A DNA stretch of 64,000 bases from an uncultured Verrucomicrobiae bacterium (GTDB lineage Bacteria; Verrucomicrobiota; Verrucomicrobiia; Chthoniobacterales; JAFAMB01), in assembly GCA_963813025.1 (NCBI GenBank), contig CAWEXO010000009.1, positions 32,001 to 96,000 of the forward strand, given 5' to 3'. The position numbers and the translations under genes are program-made. A model generated the notes under the pieces. The model saw only the letters and a program-made list of their open reading frames with translations, was not told the DNA's origin and searched no databases. Shown in pieces: positions 1 to 10,730 of the stretch (its first letter is position 1; each line of letters opens with the position of its first letter).

Positions 1-857
1 AATGCCCAAACTGCAGCATCGCTTTGACGTATCATCTTTCCGAAAACCGGGTGAAATGCCATCTCTGCGGTCACCAGGCGTTGGTTCCCAGAAAGTGCCC
101 AAAGTGTGACGATCCGGCTATCCGGTACGCCGGTTACGGAACCGAAAAGATCGAAGGCGTCGTGCAAAAGCTTTTTCCGAAAGCGGCTATCGCGAGGATG
201 GATGCGGATTCGATGGCGCGCCGGGACGCTTACCGGCAGACTCTTGGAGCATTCCGCACGGGTAAAATCGATATTCTTATTGGCACGCAGATGATCGCCA
301 AAGGCCTCGACTTTCCCAGGGTGACGCTCGTGGGAATACTTAACGCGGACATTGGACTTCATCTTCCTGATTTTCGGGCCGGCGAACGCACGTTTCAGCT
401 CCTGACCCAAGTCGCCGGGCGGGCCGGTCGCGGAGAAAGCGCGGGCGAAGTGTACGTCCAGAGCTCGACTCCTTTCAGCCCGTCCATCCAGTTTGCACGA
501 CACCATGATTTTACCGGGTTTTGGGAACAGGAGATCGAATTTCGCGAAAAGTGCGAATACCCGCCTTTTGTGCATTTGCTGCTTATTCAGATTCGCTCAG
601 AACATCAGCGGCGGGCCGAATTCTCAGCGGAGACGCTTCATCGCCGTCTCGACGAGAAAGTCCAGCCGGACACTATTCTGCATCCGGTCGTGCCGGCGCC
701 GATCGAGCGGACAAAGGGATTTTACCGGTTCCAGATCATGCTGAGATCTAAAGCGATTTTGCGTCTAAGCCGGACCGTGCGTGCGGTGCTGGACCAGTTG
801 ACTCTTCCGGAAGACGTCCTGGTCTCTATGGATGTCGATCCGTACAGCCTGTTATAA
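1..857 (+). CDS. priA: Primosomal protein N' (5'-truncated by window edge)
   Basis: Zn-finger CxxC pairs (CPNC, CHLC, CPKC) and the motifs GTQMIAKGLDFP, DFRAGERTFQLLTQVAGRAGR and terminal DVDP; the frame is open from base 3. Confidence 0.95.
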   Translation, partial: CPNCSIALTYHLSENRVKCHLCGHQALVPRKCPKCDDPAIRYAGYGTEKIEGVVQKLFPKAAIARMDADSMARRDAYRQTLGAFRTGKIDILIGTQMIAKGLDFPRVTLVGILNADIGLHLPDFRAGERTFQLLTQVAGRAGRGESAGEVYVQSSTPFSPSIQFARHHDFTGFWEQEIEFREKCEYPPFVHLLLIQIRSEHQRRAEFSAETLHRRLDEKVQPDTILHPVVPAPIERTKGFYRFQIMLRSKAILRLSRTVRAVLDQLTLPEDVLVSMDVDPYSLL

Positions 858-1048
858 GATCTTTGTCGCGCACGGAGGTGACGGAGCACGCGGGGACTGC
901 TCACGCCTCAACCTGGTGGCAGCCGGATATGTGGGGTGTCTTCGATTTTACGGACAGGTGCTAGGCTAGGAACCTGAAGGTGAACGAAGAACAACAGCCA
1001 TTCGCTCCGAATTGCCATCTGCGGGCTGTCCGCTTATTATTTACCAGA

Positions 1049-1420
1049 ATGACCGCCGACTGGCAGCAATTCGTCGAACTTCACGCCGATGATCAGGCGG
1101 ACGAACTGGATTTGGATTCTTTGCTGCCCGGCGACACCCTGCGAGTCATTACCAGCCACACGCAATACGTTTTTCATATGATTGATCGCCAGGAAGCAGA
1201 GTTGCGGTCTTCGCGCTCCGATCGACCTGCCGGAAGAGTCCGGATCGCCGGTTGCGGTTATGGGTTTGCGTCATCGTTCAAGCCGAGACGGCTTTTCTGT
1301 GGTGGTCGGCTGGAATTCACGTTCGCCCGAGACAATGAGCGAGCCCGGTTCCGGACCACGTCGATCCAGGCGATCGTGCATCGTCAGACGAAGGACGTCC
1401 GGAGGGGTGGCGGCGGATAG
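1049..1420 (+). CDS. Hypothetical protein
   Basis: Clean ORF filling the gap between priA and the MFS gene. Start is ATG 1049 or GTG 980. No family recognised. Confidence 0.55.
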   Translation: MTADWQQFVELHADDQADELDLDSLLPGDTLRVITSHTQYVFHMIDRQEAELRSSRSDRPAGRVRIAGCGYGFASSFKPRRLFCGGRLEFTFARDNERARFRTTSIQAIVHRQTKDVRRGGGG

Positions 1421-1523
1421 GACCGATCGGGCCTATTGGAGCATAGGTCCCATAGGTCCCATTGAACGCCGGGACTCGCGAAATCGGTGGTTCTGGCCCG
1501 GTTCCCGACTATGATCAAACGCC

Positions 1524-2852
1524 GTGGCCGAGCTTCCGGAGAAAGCAAAATACGCTCACCAATTCAGCCTCCATAACGCGATCAATTTTCAGATCACGCT
1601 CGGAGCGCCGATGATTATCTATGCCAAAACGCTCGGAGCGAGTTCGACGACCATCGGCATCATCGCCGCTTTGGCTCCGTTGATGACCGTCCTGCAATTG
1701 CCGGGAGCGTATTTCATCCCGAAGATCGGCTACAAAAGTTTCGTCTTGCTCGGTTGGTTTTCGCGTACCCTGATCGTTTTCAGCCTCGCTTTCCTGCCGA
1801 TGGCCACCTTTTTTGACCAAGCGACGAAAATGAGCCTGCTCCTGATGTGCCTCTTTGTCTTTAACGTCCTGCGCGGAGTCTCGACCGGGGCCTGGTTGCC
1901 CTGGTTGACCTCACTGGTCCCGGAGGAGCAACGTGGCGAATTCCTGCGGCGGGACCAGTTACATTTGCAATTTGGGGGGGTCATCGCGCTGGCCATTTCT
2001 TCTCTGATACTCTGGACACATCCGCGGAATTCGCACTTTACGCTCTTGTTTTTCCTGAGCGCCCTCGCCGGCACTTTGAGCCTTCTTTTTATCAAACTCA
2101 CCCCGGACGTGGAGATGGGAGAACAAGCGCGCGGATCGGGGCAGCCAGTCCCGTGGTTGGAAATTTTGCGGTACCCGCCGTTCACGAAGCTTCTGATGTT
2201 CAACGTAGTTTATAACTGGGTCGTCGGCGGGATCGGCGCTTTCGTGATTGGCTACCTAAAAACCAATGGAGGCTTTTTCGACGGGCAGGTCCTGCTCTGC
2301 GGTCTGATGTTGTTCATCGGCGCATTTGCCAGTTTGCCCTTGTTTGGGCGTCTGCTGGAGCGAACCGGCAGCAAGCCGATTCTCCGGATCGGGCTGGTCT
2401 GCTACCTTTGGGCGGTGCTTTGCTGGCTGCTCGTCGCTGCCGGTTTGCTGGAGACGACTCCCGTGGTGATCGGACTTGTTTATTTTATTATGGGAGTCGC
2501 TGGCGGCCTCTTTTCGATCGCCAACACCAAAATTGCGATGGACACAATGCCGACGATGGGCCGAAACCATTTTTTTTCGTTGTTCACCGTTTTCGCCTCC
2601 TTGAGTCTTGGTCTTTCCCCGATCTGCTGGGGTATCATGCTCGACGTGGTGGGGACCTGGGAAACCAAACTCGGCCCGGTGTCGATCAATCGATACAGTA
2701 TCTACTTCGGCTTGCTGGTCCTTCTGGTCCTGTGGACATTTGGACTGGCTCGCCCGTTGGTCGAGCGGCGCGGTGAACCGATTTCGCTGGCTTTGCGGGA
2801 TGCCGTGATCTATCGGCGGCTTCGTTTGTTTGGCCGTTTCCTGAATCGATAG
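1524..2852 (+). CDS. MFS transporter
   Basis: About 12 hydrophobic segments in 442 aa, with an MFS-type loop GRLLERTGSK. Confidence 0.85.
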   Translation: MAELPEKAKYAHQFSLHNAINFQITLGAPMIIYAKTLGASSTTIGIIAALAPLMTVLQLPGAYFIPKIGYKSFVLLGWFSRTLIVFSLAFLPMATFFDQATKMSLLLMCLFVFNVLRGVSTGAWLPWLTSLVPEEQRGEFLRRDQLHLQFGGVIALAISSLILWTHPRNSHFTLLFFLSALAGTLSLLFIKLTPDVEMGEQARGSGQPVPWLEILRYPPFTKLLMFNVVYNWVVGGIGAFVIGYLKTNGGFFDGQVLLCGLMLFIGAFASLPLFGRLLERTGSKPILRIGLVCYLWAVLCWLLVAAGLLETTPVVIGLVYFIMGVAGGLFSIANTKIAMDTMPTMGRNHFFSLFTVFASLSLGLSPICWGIMLDVVGTWETKLGPVSINRYSIYFGLLVLLVLWTFGLARPLVERRGEPISLALRDAVIYRRLRLFGRFLNR

Positions 2853-2901
2853 TTTGTGGGATTTGCTCCGCTGTGCCATGTATTGGCCTTCGTCTCTCTT
2901 G

Positions 2902-4260
2902 ATGGATACCGAAACTTCTCAACGGCCTGCCCCTTCAAGTGTAGCCCCCCGTGTCACCCGGACCGCGCGGCCCATTCGCCTGCCTTTCTCCGGTTTTATT
3001 GCTCTTCGCTATCTTCGGCCCAAACGAACGTTTCTTTCGCTGATCACGCTCATCTCGATTTTTGGGGTGGTTCTTGGGATAAGCGTGTTGATCATCGTGA
3101 TTTCGGTGATGACCGGCTTCGAACGCGAACTGATCCGCAAGATCATCGGCTTCGAATCCGACATCATGATTCGCAGCCCACAACTGATCACCGATTGGCG
3201 GGAGATTCTGACCAAAGTCGAGCATACCCCGGGGGTGCTAGCTGCTGCACCGGTCATGCAGGGGCGGGTCATTGCGGAATTCCAGAACCGGCGCTTGTCG
3301 CCCTGGCTGCTGGGCGTTGAACCCGAGAAACAACGGGCCGTTACCGATTTCGAGCATTTCATCGTGGCCGGGAAATTCGATCTGACCGGCGACACCTGTG
3401 TGATCGGGACGGATCTCGCCGAAAGCCTTGGCTGCAGCGTCGGGGACACGCTAACGATCTATTCACCCGGCAATCTGGGTGTGATTACCGATGAACTAAA
3501 GAAGGCGGAGAATGAACCCGGCAATAAAGAGCACGTCCAAAAGGCGCTCAATCTTGTGTTGCCAACCCAGTTGACGATAGCCGGCCTCTTCAACTCGGGT
3601 CGGTACGTTTACGACTCCGAGTACGTCGTCGTCCCGCTTCACGTCGGGCAGGAAGCTTATGGGCTGGGCGACGCTATTCACGCCATTCAGGTAAAAACCG
3701 GCGACCCGTTTCGCGCTGACGAAGTAAAGGCCCGCCTGAACAAATTCCTGCCCGAGCCAGTCGCGGCGGTCACCTGGATCGACGATAATAAGGAATATTT
3801 TGATGCGATCCGGATTGAACGAACAACAATGTTTTTCGTTCTGATCTTCGTGGTCATCGTCGCCGCTTTCGGCATCATGAGTACCCTCATTACGACCACG
3901 GTCCAGAAAACGCGGGAGATTGGGGTCATGAAGGCACTGGGGGCTAAAGTCAGCCAGATTCTTTGGATTTTTCTGGCCCAGGGAATGATTGTCGGATTCT
4001 TTGGTACCCTCTTCGGCTTGGCGACCGGCATTATTCTGGTTCAGTATCGCAATGAGGTTCGCGATTTTCTCTCCGCGACTTTGCACATCCAGCTGTTTCC
4101 GGCCTCGGTTTATCAGTTCCCGGAAATCCCGGCGGAGATTGTGCCGCGCGACCTGCTGATCATCTGCCTGAGCGGCTTCATCATTTGTTCGATCGCCGCC
4201 TTGATCCCGGCGTATTTCGCGGCCCGACTCGATCCAGTTAAAGCGCTCCGGTTTGAGTAA
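2902..4260 (+). CDS. LolC/E-family (FtsX-like) ABC transporter permease
   Basis: FIALRYLR start, IIVISVMTGF, KTREIGVMKALGA and terminal AARLDPVKALRFE. Start moved to ATG 2902. Confidence 0.9.
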   Translation: MDTETSQRPAPSSVAPRVTRTARPIRLPFSGFIALRYLRPKRTFLSLITLISIFGVVLGISVLIIVISVMTGFERELIRKIIGFESDIMIRSPQLITDWREILTKVEHTPGVLAAAPVMQGRVIAEFQNRRLSPWLLGVEPEKQRAVTDFEHFIVAGKFDLTGDTCVIGTDLAESLGCSVGDTLTIYSPGNLGVITDELKKAENEPGNKEHVQKALNLVLPTQLTIAGLFNSGRYVYDSEYVVVPLHVGQEAYGLGDAIHAIQVKTGDPFRADEVKARLNKFLPEPVAAVTWIDDNKEYFDAIRIERTTMFFVLIFVVIVAAFGIMSTLITTTVQKTREIGVMKALGAKVSQILWIFLAQGMIVGFFGTLFGLATGIILVQYRNEVRDFLSATLHIQLFPASVYQFPEIPAEIVPRDLLIICLSGFIICSIAALIPAYFAARLDPVKALRFE

Positions 4261-4261
4261 T

Positions 4262-4380
4262 CGATGATAGCCGAAAGCCATGGCCGATAGGCAATAGCCC
4301 ATGACTGATTACCAACTCGCTGATGGCCGATGTCCGACTACCGACAACCGATCACGGATGGCCGATGACCGACGACTGAT
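4262..4380. repeat. Degenerate heptamer tract (CCGATGR-like)
   Basis: Runs such as tggccga-tgtccga-ctaccga-caaccga. Related tracts at about 14302-14331, 25818-25860 and 60947-60992. Confidence 0.65.
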
Positions 4381-4386
4381 GTGTCT

Positions 4387-5856
4387 ATGACCGAAGAGAA
4401 CGAGCTGCTCGCCATCCGCCGGCAAAAGCTGAACCAGATCGCGTCGCTGAATATCGATCCTTTCGGAGGCCGTTTCGATGTCACGGATACGATTGGCGGC
4501 CTGCGCGCCCGGTTTAAGGAAGGCGAAAAGGTCCGTTTGGCCGGTCGGGTGACCGCTCACCGGAACATGGGGAAAAGTCAGTTTCTTGACCTCAACGACG
4601 TCACCGGCCGTCTGCAGATATTCATCAATCTGAAAAGTCTCTCACCCGACCAAGCTGAATGGTTCCAGTTGATCGACCTGGGAGACTTCCTCGGCGTCGC
4701 TGGCGAGTTCTTTTTGACCAGAACAAAAGAACCAACGGTTCGGGTGGAACATTTTGTGCTACTGACCAAGACGCTTCGGCCAATGCCCGATAAATGGCAC
4801 GGCCTGTCCGATATCGAGGCGCGTCATCGGCAGCGTTACCTGGACCTGATCAGCAACGCGCAATCTCGCGAAGTTTTTTTAAAACGAATCCGGATTGTCG
4901 CCGAGATCCGCCAGTTTCTTCAGTCGCGCGGCTTCCTGGAGGTCGAGACACCGATGATGCAAATGATGGCGGGCGGAGCGGCTGCTGAGCCTTTCCAGAC
5001 TCATCATAACGCGCTCGATGTGGATTTTTATCTGCGAATCGCGCCGGAGCTCTACCTGAAACGATTGCTGGTCGGCGGTTTTTCCAAAGTATTTGAGCTG
5101 AACCGAAACTTTCGCAACGAAGGGATTTCCCGACGACACAATCCTGAGTTCACCATGTTAGAGGCGTACTGGGCCTACGCGGATTTCGAAGCAATGGCCG
5201 AGTTGGTGGAGGAGCTGATCTGCCAAGTGGCGGAAACCGTCATTGGCACCCTGCAGATCGAACATCGGAACGCGGAGGGTCAGCCGATTCGAACGATCAA
5301 TCTTCAACGCCCCTGGCGCCGCACCCGGTATGAAGATCTTGTGCGGCAAATCGACCCGGATTGGTTCCAAAGATCGCTCCTGGAGAAGATCGCTCAGTGC
5401 CAGGCGCTCGGGGTCGAGCTTCGGTCGGCGAACATGGCGGAGTTTGCGATCACGCAGGAACTTTTCGAGAAGCTGATCGAGCCAACCATCATTGATCCGA
5501 CGTTTGTTACCCACCTGCCCGCGGAGCTCGTGCCTCTGGCCAAGCAGAATCGCGAACAACCGCGGCTTGTGGATGTCTACGAATTGATCATCAACGGACA
5601 GGAAATTTCGCCCGGCTACACTGAACTGAACGATCCAGTCGTGCAGCGCGATCGGCTCGAGACTCAGGCCGGTGAAGAGATCCAGAACCTTGATGAGGAT
5701 TTTCTGCTTGCCCTGGAGTATGGGATGCCTCCGGCGGGTGGTGTTGGCATCGGGGTCGACCGGCTGGTCATGACGCTGACTGGCGCCGAATCGATCCGGG
5801 ACGTGATTCTATTTCCGCAGCTGAGACCGAAGCCTGCATCGCTCACAAATCCTTAG
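4387..5856 (+). CDS. lysS: Lysine--tRNA ligase (class II)
   Basis: YLRIAPELYLKRL, FRNEGISRRHNPEFTMLE and YGMPPAGGVGIGVDRL motifs. Confidence 0.97.
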   Translation: MTEENELLAIRRQKLNQIASLNIDPFGGRFDVTDTIGGLRARFKEGEKVRLAGRVTAHRNMGKSQFLDLNDVTGRLQIFINLKSLSPDQAEWFQLIDLGDFLGVAGEFFLTRTKEPTVRVEHFVLLTKTLRPMPDKWHGLSDIEARHRQRYLDLISNAQSREVFLKRIRIVAEIRQFLQSRGFLEVETPMMQMMAGGAAAEPFQTHHNALDVDFYLRIAPELYLKRLLVGGFSKVFELNRNFRNEGISRRHNPEFTMLEAYWAYADFEAMAELVEELICQVAETVIGTLQIEHRNAEGQPIRTINLQRPWRRTRYEDLVRQIDPDWFQRSLLEKIAQCQALGVELRSANMAEFAITQELFEKLIEPTIIDPTFVTHLPAELVPLAKQNREQPRLVDVYELIINGQEISPGYTELNDPVVQRDRLETQAGEEIQNLDEDFLLALEYGMPPAGGVGIGVDRLVMTLTGAESIRDVILFPQLRPKPASLTNP

Positions 5857-5881
5857 GAATTTGTGAGCGGTGCAGGCTGGG

Positions 5882-5922
5882 GCAGCAGACTCTCCGGCTG
5901 GGCCGGAGAGTCTGCTGCTTTT
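5882..5922 (+). terminator. Intrinsic terminator after lysS
   Basis: Perfect 17-bp stem GCAGCAGACTCTCCGGC/GCCGGAGAGTCTGCTGC with a 3-nt loop, followed by TTTT. Confidence 0.75.
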
Positions 5923-6057
5923 CTGCCACTTAACGCGTTGGAGCAGCGGGCCCCAGCATTGTTATCGATCAAGTCGCGCACGGAAATCACGAAGCACACG
6001 GAGAATGCCTTAGCCGTTAATCAGGCGATTAAATTAAAGCCAGTCGTAAAAGTCTCT

Positions 6058-6630
6058 TCAGCCCCGCTGGCGATTTCCTCGGATTAAGCAGTGGCCAATG
6101 GCATGCACAAAGGTGGCCAGGGCTGCACGGAGTGCCACAGCGAGCGCCTCGTTAGCAACAATAGCCTGCGCGTTTGGTTCCTGACCTTGGAGCGGGATCG
6201 TCAACGATGCGACCTCGATAATCCGCGCCGTCATTGTGGATAGAATCAATCGGAGTGCGGCTTGCGCCGTGGTTCCACGATCCGAGGTGTTCAGAAGGGC
6301 CACCGGCTTGCCTGGGAACTCGGAGCTGCCAACTAACCAGTCTAGGAGGTTCTTGAACGATCCCGGTACTCCGCGCGCGTATTCGGGGCACGAGATCAGC
6401 AGGCCGTCCGCAGTGCCGATAGCTGCCCGTAGAGCAATGATCGGGGAGGGTAGCCTGCTTGGATCCTCTTCGAGATCGGAGTTAAAATGCGGCAGCAAGT
6501 GAACTCCTTCATAAACGACCACCTCAACTTCGGGTGGCGCAAGCATCCCTGCCGCTCGCAGGAGGGCCGTATTCGAGGATTGAGACCGAAGGCTACCGGA
6601 GATGCCGAGCAGGCGAACGGAGTGAGTCAT
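6058..6630 (-). CDS. NADPH-dependent FMN reductase
   Basis: GISGSLRSQSSN, PEYARGVPGSFKNLLDW and GKPVAL motifs. Confidence 0.9.
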   Translation of the reverse strand: MTHSVRLLGISGSLRSQSSNTALLRAAGMLAPPEVEVVVYEGVHLLPHFNSDLEEDPSRLPSPIIALRAAIGTADGLLISCPEYARGVPGSFKNLLDWLVGSSEFPGKPVALLNTSDRGTTAQAALRLILSTMTARIIEVASLTIPLQGQEPNAQAIVANEALAVALRAALATFVHAIGHCLIRGNRQRG

Positions 6631-7012
6631 TCTGAGAAAAGCTAAAGCTGGAAAGCGTCCTTAAGCGAATGCGCTCTCAAGCAAATATCGAAGCTGGGCC
6701 ATCCATCCCAGAAACGAATCATTGCAACGGGTTGTGCCAACCACTCCGTGAAATGAACCGTCGCCTCGCCGATGGTCATCGGATGAGGGAAGGCGCGTGA
6801 GCTCGTGCCGACCCGGACAAACCCAAATTACGGGCGCACACAGGCCGACAGTTTCGGGCCCGGCCAAAGTGGTGGTCGACTAGGTAGCCGAGGCCGTCCG
6901 CGCTACGTCGTAGGCCGCTAAGAGCGGCAACAAGTCGCACGCACTCAACGACGCTTCCTTGCCGAACTAGCCGAAAGGATGGCGAGGCCAGATTGCGAAA
7001 CTTATCGACTCC

Positions 7013-7062
7013 GCACTGGCACTGGCACTGGCACTGGCACTGGCACTGACACTTGCACTAGC
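7013..7062 (+). repeat. Hexamer microsatellite (GCACTG)6 plus variants
   Basis: Six perfect GCACTG units followed by ACACTT GCACTA GC; same family recurs across the window. Confidence 0.9.
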
Positions 7063-7095
7063 GCCGGTCTCGGCGCGCGCTTACTTTCTGCCGCC

Positions 7096-8463
7096 ATGTG
7101 GAAAGGACGTTTCCAGGAAAACACGGCTCCCTTGGTTCAACAATTCACGGAGTCCGTGTCGTTCGATTGGCGGCTTTATCAAGCCGATATCCGGGGATCA
7201 ATTGCCCATGCCGCGGCCTTAGAGAAAGCCGGCTTGCTGACTCCGGCTGAGCGCACGGAAATCGAGAATGGGCTACGCCAGATCGAGCAGGAAATTGAGT
7301 CAGGACGATTCGCGTTCCGGCCCGAGCTGGAAGACATCCACATGAACATCGAGGCCGCTCTGACCGAACGGATCGGGCCGGCCGGGGCCAAGTTGCACAC
7401 GGCGCGAAGCCGAAACGACCAGGTAGCTCTTGATCTTCGGCTATATCTTCGGGACGAGCTGGCCGAGATCGGTGAAGCGCTGCACGCCCTACAGAAAGCG
7501 CTGGTCGCTTTGGCGGATCGTGATCAAGATGTGGTGCTGCCGGGTTATACTCATCTGCAACGAGCGCAACCAGTCTTGTTCGCCCACTATCTCCTGGCCT
7601 TTGTCGAAATGCTGGAGCGCGATGCCAACCGACTGGCTGACTGCCGACGTCGGCTCAATCAGATGCCTCTCGGTTCCGGAGCAATCGCTGGTTCGACGAT
7701 CGTGCTCGATCGTAACTTTATTGCGGAACAGCTCGGGTTTCCTGAAATAACGAGAAACAGCATGGATGCAGTGAGCGATCGCGATTTTGTCGCCGAAACG
7801 CTTTTCGTCCTGGCTTTGTGTGGGACGCATCTCTCCCGGTTGAGCGAGGATTTTATCCTCTACGTTTCTTCCGAGTTCGGGTTCCTCCGGATCAGCGACG
7901 CATATACGACCGGCTCAAGCTTGATGCCGCAAAAGAAAAATCCCGATGTATGCGAGCTGACCCGAGGAAAGACCGGTCGGTTGATCGGAAATCTCGTGAC
8001 GATTTTAACGCTTCTGAAAGGCATCCCAATGACTTACAACCGAGACTTGCAGGAGGATAAAGAGCCGCTGTTCGATTCGCTCGATCAGCTGAAGATGGTC
8101 TTGCGAGTCTTTACCGCGATGATTCCGGGGATCGAAGTCGATCGGGAGCGCACGCTCGGCGCGGCGAGCGATCCGATGTTGCTGGCGACTGATCTGGCGG
8201 ACTATCTGGTGCGCCGAGGGCTGCCTTTTCGACAGGCGCACGAAGCCGTTGGCAAGCTGGTTGCGTGTTCGGTGCGCGAAAACCGGCCCTTGAACAAACT
8301 GACTTTGGAGGAGTTCCGGGCTGCCAGTGACCGGTTTGATTCCGATGTGTTCGCGGTCCTCGATCTGGAGCGGTCGCTCAATAGCCGGACGGCCACCGGC
8401 GCGCCAGCCCAAAGAAATGTTGCGGCGGAATTGGAGGCGTGGAACGCGAAGCTTCGTGGATAA
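7096..8463 (+). CDS. argH: Argininosuccinate lyase
   Basis: MWKGRF start, HTARSRNDQV, PGYTHLQRAQP and GSSLMPQKKNPD. Confidence 0.97.
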   Translation: MWKGRFQENTAPLVQQFTESVSFDWRLYQADIRGSIAHAAALEKAGLLTPAERTEIENGLRQIEQEIESGRFAFRPELEDIHMNIEAALTERIGPAGAKLHTARSRNDQVALDLRLYLRDELAEIGEALHALQKALVALADRDQDVVLPGYTHLQRAQPVLFAHYLLAFVEMLERDANRLADCRRRLNQMPLGSGAIAGSTIVLDRNFIAEQLGFPEITRNSMDAVSDRDFVAETLFVLALCGTHLSRLSEDFILYVSSEFGFLRISDAYTTGSSLMPQKKNPDVCELTRGKTGRLIGNLVTILTLLKGIPMTYNRDLQEDKEPLFDSLDQLKMVLRVFTAMIPGIEVDRERTLGAASDPMLLATDLADYLVRRGLPFRQAHEAVGKLVACSVRENRPLNKLTLEEFRAASDRFDSDVFAVLDLERSLNSRTATGAPAQRNVAAELEAWNAKLRG

Positions 8464-9034
8464 TCAATCCGAGTTTGCCGTCAAGGAGTCGACTCCGGTT
8501 TACACCAGCCCGCATCTCGAAGTTCGCGAGGAGCTGATAAAAATCCCGGGCAGCGAGGATTATCGGAAATGGACCACCGTCCGGCGGAAACACGCTGTCG
8601 TGATCGCGCCAATCACCGAGCAAGGCCGTTTTGTGCTGATCCATGAGGCCAGGATACCAGTACGCAAGTTTCTTTGGGAATTTCCCGCCGGGCAGGTCGA
8701 TCAGTCATTCGATCCCAGCGCCGAGATGCTTCTCGAAGTGGCGGCTCGCGAGTTAGCCGAAGAAACCGGCTATCAACTGGCGGATGATGGGCAACTTGTT
8801 TCTTTTGGCCATTTTTATTCGTCACAAGGATTCACCGACGAGACCCAGCATCTATTCGTGGCTCGGCCGATCCGGATCGCGAGCGGTTTCCCGGCGCCCG
8901 ATGAGGCCGAGGCAATCCATGAGGTGCGCGAGTTTACGCCGGTGGAGTTGCGTTCTATGATCGCTGGACAGATCGTCCAGGACGGCAACACGCTGGCGCT
9001 TTACGCCAGAATGGCCGCCCGAAACCTGGTCTGA
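8456..9034 (+). CDS. NUDIX hydrolase (ADP-ribose pyrophosphatase-like)
   Basis: WEFPAGQVD...ARELAEETG Nudix box; GTG start overlaps the end of argH. Confidence 0.85.
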   Translation: MDNQSEFAVKESTPVYTSPHLEVREELIKIPGSEDYRKWTTVRRKHAVVIAPITEQGRFVLIHEARIPVRKFLWEFPAGQVDQSFDPSAEMLLEVAARELAEETGYQLADDGQLVSFGHFYSSQGFTDETQHLFVARPIRIASGFPAPDEAEAIHEVREFTPVELRSMIAGQIVQDGNTLALYARMAARNLV

Positions 9035-9038
9035 TCCT

Positions 9039-9857
9039 ATGGCTTTTAAACTGTCGAACATATTCAAGTTTCGCGAGGGCGGCGATCGAGAAGCGACCAA
9101 GCCGTTTCTGGATCATCTTGAGGACCTACGATGGGTCATCGTTAAAATGGCGATGGCCCTTGGTGTGGCTATGATGCTGGCTTTCCTGGTTCGCCACCAT
9201 CTCGTGGCAATTTTGCAGTGGCCGCTGCAGAAACTTGATCCGAACCTCCTCAAGTCGCTGGTTTCCCTCGGAGTAGCTGATTCGCTCACGATCTCTTTCC
9301 AGCTCTCTTTTTATGCCGGGATCGTCCTCGCGTTTCCCTTCCTGATCTATTTCGCCGGAGAGTTCATTTTGCCCGCCCTTACTCCGCAAGAAAAGAAAGC
9401 GCTGCTGCCGGCAGCCGCCGTCGGTTTCGGTTTATTCCTGGCCGGCGTCGTTTTCGCCTATTTTTTCGTTTTGCCGCCCACCCTGAGATTCTTTTTCCAC
9501 GACGCCCAGCAGATGAATTGGTCGCCGACCTGGACCGTGCGCGATTATTTCTCTTTTACCACGCAGGCATGCGTCGGGTTTGGCGTAGCGTTTGAATTGC
9601 CGGTAGTGATCCTCGTTCTGATCCGGCTCGGGATTGTGTCGACCGCTCTTTTACGCCGTACCCGCGCTTATGCTTTTCTGCTTATCTTTATTGCCGCCGC
9701 GTTCCTCGCCCCAACGCCGGACGCCGTCTCGATGGCGATGATTGGTACCCCGATGTACATCCTGTTCGAGCTTTGCATTGTGATTGGCGGGTTTATGGAG
9801 AAGAAACGCCGGCGCGAAGAAGAAGCCGCTCTGAGCGCCAAAGGCGCCGGCACATAA
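9039..9857 (+). CDS. tatC: Twin-arginine translocase subunit TatC
   Basis: PFLDHLEDLR, FILPALTPQEK, FGVAFELPV, APTPD motifs; 6 TM segments. Confidence 0.95.
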   Translation: MAFKLSNIFKFREGGDREATKPFLDHLEDLRWVIVKMAMALGVAMMLAFLVRHHLVAILQWPLQKLDPNLLKSLVSLGVADSLTISFQLSFYAGIVLAFPFLIYFAGEFILPALTPQEKKALLPAAAVGFGLFLAGVVFAYFFVLPPTLRFFFHDAQQMNWSPTWTVRDYFSFTTQACVGFGVAFELPVVILVLIRLGIVSTALLRRTRAYAFLLIFIAAAFLAPTPDAVSMAMIGTPMYILFELCIVIGGFMEKKRRREEEAALSAKGAGT

Positions 9858-9861
9858 AGCG

Positions 9862-10551
9862 TCACCAGATTCCGGGTATCAGCCTGTACCGGACCCGTTC
9901 CGCGTAGCGATCGTAGCCTTCGAGCCGAGCGTGCAATTCTCGGTCTTCGAGTGCTGTTCGCAGCACGAAGAGACCGTCCAGAGCAAGGCTCGCCAGTAAG
10001 CCCCACCACGAGCCCAGCAAAAGGGACGTGCCGGCCAGAAAGGCGATCGCCGAGGAATACATTGGGTGCCGCACTACCGCATAGGGACCGGTAGAAATCA
10101 CTCGATGGCCACGCCCACTCTGGATTTTCACGACTGGCGCCGCGAAGCTGTTTTCCCGAAGCACGAGATATTGGACCCAGATCGCAAGAAGAAGAAGGGC
10201 CGCGCCCCCAGTTTGGAGCCAGCGGGGCATAACCGACCACCGGAACCGAACCGCATCGACTCCCATCAGCGCCAGCCAGAGAACGAAAGCGGTCAACAGG
10301 ATAAATAGAACTATCTTATCCCAGCCTGGTTGATCCTTTTGCAGCAACGGCTTTAGTCGTTCCTTAACCAACGCTGGATCGCGCCGGACCAGATCAGCGG
10401 TGGCCCAGATTCCTGAGCCGAACGTCAGGATCAAAAAGACCCAGCCGCTTGGCCACGCCAGCGTTCCCGCTGCGCCGAACAGAATCGCGGCAAACACCAG
10501 AACTTCGATCGCTATAATAATCCAAACTCTCACGTGAACAGTTGGACACAC
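9862..10551 (-). CDS. Isoprenylcysteine carboxylmethyltransferase family membrane protein
   Basis: GHRVISTGPYAVVRHPMY, RTALEDREL and YRLIPGIW. Exact start uncertain. Confidence 0.85.
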   Translation of the reverse strand: MCPTVHVRVWIIIAIEVLVFAAILFGAAGTLAWPSGWVFLILTFGSGIWATADLVRRDPALVKERLKPLLQKDQPGWDKIVLFILLTAFVLWLALMGVDAVRFRWSVMPRWLQTGGAALLLLAIWVQYLVLRENSFAAPVVKIQSGRGHRVISTGPYAVVRHPMYSSAIAFLAGTSLLLGSWWGLLASLALDGLFVLRTALEDRELHARLEGYDRYAERVRYRLIPGIW

Positions 10552-10604
10552 AGGTTGACACAGCCCGGAGCAGGGGCAACAAGGATGCTCGCCACGCTGG
10601 TTGT

Positions 10605-10730
10605 GTAGCGCGCCCGGCCTTGGGTCTGTCGGACTTTGACTTCTTTAGTCCCGAAGGGACGGGAGGACTCAGCCCGCGGGTTTTTAACCCCGGGTAAACC
10701 GTTCAGTACGAAAACGCCCTGAAGGGGCGG
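10605..10730 (+). repeat. Dispersed palindromic element (family D)
   Basis: GTAGCG..TGGGTCTGTCGGACTTTG..GTCCCGAAGGGAC..TTTTTAACCCCGGG..GCCCTGAAGGGGCGG. Homologous to 58689-58811 (reverse) and 42181-42229 (partial). Confidence 0.8.

Noticed and set aside
6979..7095. TGTGTG-repeat N-terminal extension of ArgH in the ORF track
   Set aside because: It is the translated hexamer microsatellite; ArgH homology starts at MWKGRF (7096). Similar spurious extensions affect miaB, carB, the helicase, sod and the S46 peptidase.
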